Shown here: piece by piece, positions 51,001 to 64,000 of the stretch
Layout: each line of letters starts with the position of its first letter
Position numbering within the stretch: the stretch's first letter is position 1
DNA from: Zygnema circumcarinatum SAG 698-1b
Lineage: Eukaryota > Plantae > Zygnematophyceae
Length of the DNA: 64,000 nucleotides
Assembly (NCBI GenBank): GCA_037447605.1
Contig: CM074818.1
Location: forward strand, 620,001-684,000
Direction: 5' to 3'
The notes under the pieces: model-generated
What the model was told of the DNA's origin: nothing
Databases searched by the model: none
The model's input: the letters and a program-made list of their open reading frames with translations, nothing else
Program-made: the position numbers and the translations under genes

Positions 51001-53091
51001 CTGTCTGCAATCTTTCCACCCATCCAGAAAGGAAGAATGAACCCTAACTGAACCCTAACTGAACCCTAAACCGACCCACCTAACTGAAGGAGCACCCACC
51101 AGGTTACATGCAGCACCGTTCCGTCGAGACGCACAGTTTTCGCCAACGACTCGCACAGCAAGAGCTCATCCGAAGTCTCCACGCACCACGAAATTCCTAC
51201 AACATAGAACCGTCCAAACTGCCGTAAAAACGGGAGAAATCCAGGTTACATAGATCCTTCTAAATGATGAGCTCGTGCTTCTTAACGAGAGCCTCACGGG
51301 AAGGGGGAGGGGAGGAGGGGAGGGGAGGAGGAGGGGAGGGGAGGAGGGGAGGGGAGGAGGAGGGGAGGGGAGGGGAGGGGGAGAAGGAGGCGGAGGGGGA
51401 AGGGGAGGGGGAGGGGAGGGGAGGGGGAGGGGAGGGGGAGGGGAGGAGGGGAGGGGAGGAGGAGGGGAGGGGAGGGGAGGGGGAGGGGAGGAGGGGAGGG
51501 GAGGGGAGGAGGAGGGGAGGGGGAGGGAGGGAGGAGGGGAGGGGGAGGGGAGGGGAGGGGGAGGGGAGGGGAGGAGGAGGGGGAGGGGAGGGAGGGGAGG
51601 GGAGGGGAGGGGAGGGGGACGGGGAGGGGGATGGAGAGGGGGAGGGGGAGGGGCGTCAAAGGAGTGATGAAGGACACTTATTTCTCTCCCCACCTCTCCT
51701 CTCCTCTCCCCTTCCGGCCTCTCCCCTGCCCACCCCTTCTCCCTCCTTCGTTCTCCCACTTCTCCCTCACTACCCCCACTCTCCTCTCCCTTTTTCACTC
51801 CTTCCCTCCTTCCTGTATCTTTCTCTCGCCTATCTCTTCATTGCCCCCCCCACCTTCTCTATCCCATTTGGTCACTATATCTCACTCTCTCGCTAACTCT
51901 TTCTCTCCCCCTTCCCCTTCTCCCTCCTCTCCCTCTCCCCCTCTCCCTCTCCCCCTCTCCCTCGCTCCCTCTCCCCCTCTCCCTCGCTCCCTCTCCCTCT
52001 CTCCCTCTCGCACTCTCCCCTCTCCCTCTCCCTCTCCCCTCTCTCTCTCCCACTCTCCAACTCTCCCTCTCCGTCCCATCCTCAACTCCCCCTTCTCTCC
52101 CTCTCCCTCTCTCCCTCTCCATCTCCCCCACTCCCTCGCTCCCTCTCACTCCCCCTCTCTCCCTCTCCCTCTCCCCTCCCTCCTGCCTCTCTCCCTCTCC
52201 ATCTCCCTCTTCCTCTCTCTCTCTCCTTTCCATCTCCCCCAATCCCTCGCTCCCTCTCCCTCTCTCCCTCCCTCTCCCTCTCCCTCCCTCTCTCTCTCCC
52301 TCTCCCTCTCCCTCTCCTCTCTCCCTCTCCCTCCCCCCTCCCTCGCTCCCTCTCCCTCTCCTCTCCCTCTCCCTCTCCCTCTCCCTCTCTCCCTCCTCCC
52401 TCTTTCCCTCTCCCTCCCTCCTCCTCTCTCCCTCTCCCTCCCTCCTCCCTCCTTCCCTCTCCTCTCCTCTCCTCTCCCTCTCCTCTCCCTCTCCCTCTCC
52501 CTCTCCCTCTCCCTCTCTCCCTCTCCCTCTCCCTCTCCCTCTCCCTCTCCCTCTCCCTCTCCTCCTCCCTTTCTCTCTCTCCCTTACACAGAATCCAGTC
52601 CAGTTTGCAGATTCCATCATGGGAACGGACAACAATTTTTCCACTTCCTTCCTTCCACTTCCCTCCCCACCTCCAAACTCAATTTTTCTTTTCTCAATGA
52701 CTCTAGTTTTGAACTGTTTTCATGCGCTCAAAACAATATGCAGCCAGCTTGCTCTCTCCCTCCCTACCGCTCCGCCAAATTTAGGGTTTCTTGATACACC
52801 AAAATGACAACCCTAAAACCGTCATTACCCTAATCCTAACCCTAACCCTTAACTGAACAAGCCTGGATCCACTCTCAGATAACCCTAAACTCCAGAGCTT
52901 TTTGATACCCCAAAAGTTAACCCTAACCCGTTAACCCTACAAAGGTTGATCCGCTCACTTTTAGGGGTGGAATCTCCCTCCGAAAAAAGCTCAGAGGAGC
53001 TGCTGCAGAAGCTTCCGGGAAGCATCCCCGCCGCCGCCATGAAGATGAGGAGGAAGAGGGGGGCCACGTGGCGTCCCCCTCCGGTCGCCAT
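26566..53091 (-). CDS. Giant ALE2-like (extensin-like class) receptor kinase, ~5,370 aa, with an N-terminal transferrin-like domain. Exons 53091-52959, 51196-51100, 50491-50015, 49824-49771, 49424-49154, 48827-42685, 41735-36896, 35775-35739, 35198-33333, 33025-32835, 32556-32370, 32154-31858, 31181-30750, 30209-29966, 29503-29336, 29085-28941, 28503-28448, 28193-28056, 27754-27655, 27186-27131, 26740-26566
   Basis: Kinase motifs [32 protein letters not shown] and [26 protein letters not shown] (ALE2-type). [35 protein letters not shown]2-like ectodomain [31 protein letters not shown]. All splice junctions are phase-compatible, but two huge Pro-rich exons carry net frameshifts inside low-complexity repeats. 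The kinase half is certain; continuity to the 5' half is inferred. Confidence 0.75.
26756..26895 (+). repeat. Intronic Arabidopsis-type telomere-like (TTTAGGG)n tract; shorter copy at 16072-16101
   Basis: Repeated TTTAGGG with TTTAAGG/ATTAGGG variants. Confidence 0.9.
29913..29965 (+). repeat. (CATA)n microsatellite at an intron 5' end of the RLK
   Basis: CATA repeated ~13 times. On the sense strand it reads GTATGTATGT..., beginning at the splice donor. Confidence 0.9.
30250..30602 (+). repeat. Intronic minisatellite (~50-70 bp units: GAGTTTAGGGTTAATTATAGGAGTTGCAGAG(GAG)nAAT)
   Basis: GGAGTTGCAGAG recurs six times, with variable GAG runs. Confidence 0.85.
31248..31837 (+). repeat. Intronic degenerate (TTAGGG)n hexamer telomere-like array with higher-order repeats
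   Basis: ~590 bp of TTAGGG/TTAGGA/TTCAGG. The sub-block GTGATTCAGGATAAGAATTCAGGG occurs three times. Confidence 0.9.
38745..39885 (-). repeat. Coding tandem repeat, 279-bp (93-aa) unit x ~4
   Basis: [17 protein letters not shown]...[18 protein letters not shown]...PPFPPTAT repeated. Opposite-strand ORF starts at 39009/39288/39567 are 279 apart. Confidence 0.95.
42922..43362 (-). repeat. Coding tandem repeat, 30-bp unit ([10 protein letters not shown]) x ~14
   Basis: GATGGATGGAATTG(A/C)AATTGGAGGTGGGGA repeated on the + strand. Confidence 0.95.
45270..47190 (-). repeat. Coding 12-bp repeat array ([12 protein letters not shown]) with many apparent indels
   Basis: GGGAGGGGAGG(C/T) units. The SPP(A/T) register drifts across all three frames. 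Confidence 0.9.
47830..48735 (-). repeat. Coding tandem repeat, ~231-bp (77-aa) unit x ~4
   Basis: APDSPPPP(D/H)[14 protein letters not shown]...[20 protein letters not shown] repeated. Confidence 0.95.
49154..53091 (-). CDS. Signal peptide + transferrin-like lobe (first five exons of the RLK model)
   Basis: Spliced: ...[62 protein letters not shown]...[11 protein letters not shown]...[13 protein letters not shown]...[31 protein letters not shown]. This is collinear with transferrin motifs VRWC-x9-C, C-xxx-I-xxx-xAD, AVAVVKK, AFxCL..GD and LLCxDxxRxPV....CxLA.VPSH.VV. Confidence 0.75.
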
Positions 53092-53388
53092 CTGGCGCCT
53101 GCTGCCGCTGCCACGTGGCGGCGCCGCCATTTTCAGGATCTGCAGAAGCTAGGGTTCAAGACAGACCGCATATTTCAAAAACGGTGCAGGAACTCAAAAA
53201 ATTCCTGCAATGGCCCTAAACCCTAAAACTGGGATTCTGAACCGAAGAGGGAGAGAGAGAGAGAAAGAGAGAGAGGGAGAGTGGAAAAGGGAAAGTGGGG
53301 ACCGAGAAAGAACTGGGGGTTTGTCGTGCAGTGCTACTGACCGTACGAAGTATGTACGAATCAGTACGGACAAAGGACTGATGATGGA

Positions 53389-54011
53389 CACGTGTCGTCT
53401 TGCGGGAAGGGCGGCGGAGCGACCGAGGATCCTCGGGTTTATGTCGGTGGCGGATCTGGGGACGGGCAGAAAATATTTCTTTTCTTGTCGACCCGGCCTT
53501 TCGGGGCAAGCAAGAAGTCAGACTTTTTGAGCTAAGAACGAGTAGTAACCCCACACGTGGCTGTCAAAGGCAAGACTTCGGTCTATGAAGTTGAGAAAAA
53601 AAACCTTTTTTTTTCTTAGCTGGCAGTTAAGCTCGATATTTTTTTTCTTTTTTTTCTAGTTTGAGAGTCGGGTTCTGCCATCTGGCGGGGCATACGAACA
53701 ATCGTACGAATGGAGGTACGAACGGGCGGGTCCAGGTCTGGCAGCCAATGGGAGCGGGTCCCGCCAGCGAGCGGATTTTCCATTTTCCCAAAATTCGAAT
53801 TTTGGAAAAAATTTGTTCGTTTGGTCGAGCTGGAGCGGCCCAGCGGTCGCATTTTGCAAATCTGGAAAGTGCCACGTGGTTCCCGGTTAACCTGCCACGT
53901 GGCGTTCTTTGGCCCACTAGTCTGACACCTGGCAGCATTTGAGAAAGTTGGCCCTCTCCAAGCAGAGGACCACCAATAGAATTTTGCCACGTGTAATTCA
54001 GTATACACGTG
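53389..54011. promoter_or_regulatory. Six CACGTG G-box/E-box motifs upstream of the RLK start
   Basis: CACGTG at 53389, 53554, 53873, 53896, 53988 and 54006; several are in a GCCACGTG context. Confidence 0.4.
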
Positions 54012-55198
54012 GCGCCCATGGATTGGCGAAAGCTCAACTGGCCCTGAGTGCACCGACAATCTTTGGAAAGTCCTGAAAGGCACCGACATCGCGTCCGCAA
54101 GACGACAGAAAATACCGACAGTGGCGTGGCGCGGCCAGCTATCGGTTCTTTCGACATATTGCCAAGTTTGCTGACACGCGGCATGCGCCAATTGGTCGTC
54201 CAGCGCCATCTGACAGAACGCCGTTCTGTGTACCGATTTTTATGCTGCTGTGGAGCGTGATTCTAAACAGTCTCTCCCATGTGAAAGGCATCTTGCCCAC
54301 CTATGTCAGAAAAAAAAACAGTTTGCAGAAGTTTCACACATGGATCTCAGTAAAAGTTCTCAAACTGAACTGGAAGGCGCAAGTATGCGAGCATAGAACG
54401 TGCACATGTAGGTAGCTTCCTTATCTGTTGTTAAACTTGACAAGTCGTCAAAAGAAATGGGAAGTGGTATTGATCTAACAAAAATCTTCGAATTGCGCCG
54501 TTTGGATGCCGGTCGCTCTCGCCGCTTTCCGTTGGCGTAATTTTATCGGCGACATGGAACGCGACAGTCGTACCCAATTCCGCTAGGCGGACTGGCACGA
54601 AAGAGCACCATGTTGAAGATTTGCATGTTTGCAAGAGTCGCTAGAGACAGCGATCTTGGGACAACAACAACATGAAAACGACCACGAGGGCAGAACTCTC
54701 CCCTCTAGAACGAGGCACAACAACAACAGCAACTTCACGCGCAACATTGTACTTTGGCACCACCATTTCACTCTCATTCACCAAATCAAGCTTCGCAATC
54801 GCACAAGATTCACCGAATCAGGCGACTCCAATGACAGAAGTTGGCACATTGTTAAGCTTGTGGAAATGCAACAAATGCAAAACGCAACATCGCCAGCCAA
54901 CACATCTTGAAGTGCCTCAACCCTTACAAAGGAAACCGAAAAAAAGCAAATTTTTTTCTTAGGAGGGCACAGTTACTTGGCCCCGCCCACAACTGCACGA
55001 GCACCATAGGACCAGAGCTGTGCCCTTAGCGGCAGAGCAGCGCGCTGATTGGCTGACGGAGGAGGAAGGCGGTCGGGGCACACCCCACAGCTCAAACATG
55101 GCGTTTCCATCCTTCTAGACTTGTTGTTTCGACAGTCAGTGAGCTGGCTAGTCTGGGCCCAATTAGAGGCCGCCAGCGACTAGGAAGGGGGCGAGAGG

Positions 55199-55230
<32 letters not shown>

Positions 55231-55698
55231 GGGCGCGGGAGCGCTGCGAGCTGGAGGGGGGGGGTCCTTGCAAGGACGATCCGCCATCGCTTGGAGGGGG
55301 GGGGGGGGGAGGAGGGAAAGGGGTCTCTTCTGCAGGGAAGGAAGGCGAGCCGAGAGAAAGAGAGAGAGTGAGAGGGAGAGAGAGAGAGAGAGAGAGAGAG
55401 GGATAGAGATTAGGATAGAGGAGGCTGAAGCTGAGGTCCTCCATCCCTCCCTCCCTGGAACTTTTGCCTGTGCGCACAGCGGGTCTCCGCACCCCCCACG
55501 CTCTCCTCTCCTCTCTTCTCTTTCTTCAAACCCTAAAATCCCTAAGTACCCGAAAAGCCCTCAAACCCCTAACCCTAAAACCCTGAAAAGTGATGTCCTG
55601 CACAACAATCTGTCTCAAGTCACAACACTTCCTCTCTATGGACATGATTCAACGTCGGCACTCTCATGACAAGAAATGAAGAGCACATACACTGCTTA

Positions 55699-56157
55699 TT
55701 TGAAAGCAGTACTCCCCCGTCCGCTGCTCTCGTTCATACGACGGAGAACAGGTACTGATTTCGAATGGGGACCTCTGCATTGATTTGTGAAGCGATTCAG
55801 ATACTTTGCAGTAAGATTTCCGCCGATGCTGTCAGCACCACTCAAGCAGAAAAGACAAACCAGTGACTTAACCAGCTGGTTAAAGGCTGGTTAAAAAAGT
55901 TGATTGAAGGCTGGTTAAAGGATGGTTAAACAGCTGGTTAGAAGTTGGTTTAATACTGACCAAAGCTGGTTTAAAATCTGGTCAAAAGCTGGTCAACAAG
56001 TTGGTTAACAGTTGGACTCAACCCTTCTCGCTTTTTTTCCATCTTTTTCTCGATGAGGGAAATAGGGTACTAGCAATATAGGGTTCGCTATTCGAAATCA
56101 GTACCTGTTCTCAGCCATATGAACGAAAGAAGCGGACGGCGGAGTACTGCTTTCAAA
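55699..56157. mobile_element. MITE-like element with ~80-bp imperfect TIRs and an internal CTGGTTAA-type repeat array
   Basis: TTTGAAAGCAGTACTCC.CCGTCCGCT...GAGAACAGGTACTGATTTCGAAT pairs with ATTCGAAATCAGTACCTGTTCTC...AGCGGACGGCGGAGTACTGCTTTCAAA. Confidence 0.75.
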
Positions 56158-56863
56158 AAAAACGTCCGAGGCGAAGCCCGTAACGTAATGTTCAAGATGG
56201 ACAAGTGTGGACCTGATTGCCGTACAGTGCTGACGTTGACAGAACATCATGGGTGACGTCATAACAGCCCTAGTCGGCCAAACTGGACAGCCTAAGCATA
56301 TGCTGCCACGTGGACCAATCAGAGGTGATAATTGCGCTGAAAATTTGTCATAAGAAAAAAAAAAAATGCTTCAAGAATGACTGCATGCACTTCAAAAGGC
56401 GCACTTTCGGATTCCCTGGCAAAAGGAATTGACAAAATAAAAAAATTGGCTGATGTACATAAATAGAAGCATGGAAAAAACATCAACCCTTCGAAAAAAA
56501 AAAGATCATCAAAAGCTCAAAATGGCGAGTGCGCACTCCGTCTGCAACCAAAAAAAAGAAGCGAAAAAAAGTCAACTCGTCGGCCCTGGCCCTGAACCCT
56601 CCCACCACTCTCAAGCAGGAGAAAAAAAAACGGATACAAAAATGAAGAAAGAAGCGAGAGGCTGAACCCCACATAAGTCTGCACGAGCTGCACAATTAGG
56701 GTTCAGGGAATGCACAGACTCCAGGAAACAAAAAAGGGAAAGGCTTACGTTTCAAAAAAAAAGTATATATATATACACAATTTGGAGATTAAGGCGAAGT
56801 GAAACCACTCACAGCTGGAAAATTGGGTCAAAAGTGAAGAGGCGGAGTTGATGCTTCTCGCGC

Positions 56864-62462
<5,599 letters not shown>

Positions 62463-64000
62463 TTTTCGACAGCTTCGGGAAGCAAAATCAATAAGAGGAG
62501 ATGCTGTAGATAGAGGAAGGGGTGTCAATTATAGGGGATGAGAGAGAAGGATGAGAAGGTAGAAAGGAGTAGGAGAGGAAGGAGGAGAGGGAGGAGGAGA
62601 GGGAGGAGGAGAGGGAGGAGTAGGCAAGAGGGTGGGGGAGTAAGCAGCTCTAATGACATGTAATGGACCTGACTTTCTCCTCCATTGGATAAAATAAATA
62701 AGTTAGGAGTGAAGTCAGTATTCTATGAATGACGATGACGCCGCCAATAATGTTGCAGACGTTGACGATGATCTCAAGATGACGTAAAGATGTAGATGGT
62801 GTCAAGATTAGGTCAAGATGATGTCAAGATGGTGTCAAGATGGTGATGATGACAATTCTAATGTGGCGCATGTAATGATGCATCATTCGGCGATGCCTTC
62901 CCTTCCTGCGGGCCAAAAGCGTCGGATGAAAAGAAGAAATAAAAAACATCATAATGAAGGAGACATAAATTTAAAAATTAAAAAAGAAAATGATAATGAT
63001 TTCGACACAAATTGCATTTGAGAAATCTTACTGTTTTTCAAGACTCCAATGAGGACCCAGCTCTTAAAAAAGGATGCTTTCTGCAGAATTATGGTGTACG
63101 ACCGCTCTCTCTCCGTCCCTCACCCTCCCTGCCCTCCCTCCATCTCCCTCCCTCCTTCCTCCCACCCCCTCCCTCCCCCCTCCCCTCTCCCTTCCTCACA
63201 AACCCTCACTCCCTCCCCCTCTCCCTCCCCCTCCCCTCCTTTGCCTCCTTTCCTCTCCCTCCCTCCCTCCCTCCCTCCCCCTCCACCTCCTTCCCTCTCC
63301 CTCCCTACCTCCTCCTCCCTCCCGTTCCCTCTTTCCCCCTACCTCCTCCTCCCTCCCCTCCCCTCTCCTTCCCTCCCCCCTCCCTCCCTCCCTCCCTCTC
63401 TCCCTCCCTCTCTCCCCCACTCTCTCCCTCCACCCCCTCCAGCCATCCATACCTCATCCACAGCCCTCCCCCCCTCCCCCCTCCTCCCGCCACGTGTCCT
63501 CCCCCGCCATGGCCAGCTGCCGCCCTCTCAGAGCGACCCCCTCCGCCCTCCCCAGCCCAACGCAAGGCGTCGAAAGGACCGTACGGATGACTCGGATGCT
63601 GATTGGCGTCTGCACTCTGCTGTGGTCGACACGTGGAAGTGTACGGATGCCAGGCGCTGGCAGATTCAATGCATCCGGATAGGATGGGGAACCTGAAACA
63701 TGCATGGAACAGGCCAGTAGCGTTACAGTTTAACGGGAGGGCGGAACTGGACAGCTGACCGTTCCACTGCTTGCTGTTAAATTTGGGCTTAACCTAATAT
63801 TGTAGCTCTGTGTGCGAATTAGGGCAGAGTAACTGGAACTGGTTTGAGCGTGCGGGAACTGGACCCAATGATGTATGGCATTGGAACGCATGCCATGCCA
63901 TGTGGATGGATGTCGTTAACGAGCCCATGCGATGATCCATGTAGTACAATGGTGCATGTCAATGATGTCATCCATGCGCTCGTACAATGATGGTACATGT

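Noticed and set aside
52587-52713. Possible extra RLK exon (FKTRVIEK...ANWTGFC)
   Set aside because: Its phases do not fit exons 1 and 2, which already join to give the transferrin-like PKRISWC.
54583-54777. Short ORF with a signal-peptide-like LLLLLCLVL and CCCC
   Set aside because: The hydrophobic and Cys runs come from CAA/TTG microsatellites; no other coding support.

Overview
Eukaryotic, intron-rich, plant-lineage DNA. The gene families, telomere-like intron repeats and GA/CT-rich introns fit a streptophyte alga (inference). Most long ORFs in the supplied track are microsatellite or low-complexity artefacts; the real genes emerge only after manual splicing. From left to right: (1) a foldback/TIR repeat region; (2) an EXORDIUM/Phi-1-like secreted protein (+, 1479-4447) with a candidate beta/gamma-crystallin-like tail and a solo LTR inserted in its first splice donor; (3) three abutting MITE-like elements; (4) the 3' end of GPI8/PIG-K (-) and the last exon of a Sen1/Upf1-like helicase (+), on either side of a 100-N gap; (5) a 24-exon secreted LRR protein with one LRR per exon, an LRX-type Cys motif and an EGF-like module (-); (6) a degenerate METTL24-like protein (+); (7) a ~26.5 kb receptor-like kinase gene (-); (8) a MATE/DTX transporter (-). 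The most striking item is the kinase, which splices into about 5,370 aa: signal peptide, degenerate transferrin-like lobe, ~4,300-aa Pro/Ser/Thr stalk, ALE2-type juxtamembrane domain, transmembrane helix and RD kinase. All gene models are hand-spliced using GT/GC-AG sites and phase matching. Family assignments are from remembered motifs; no database search was run.
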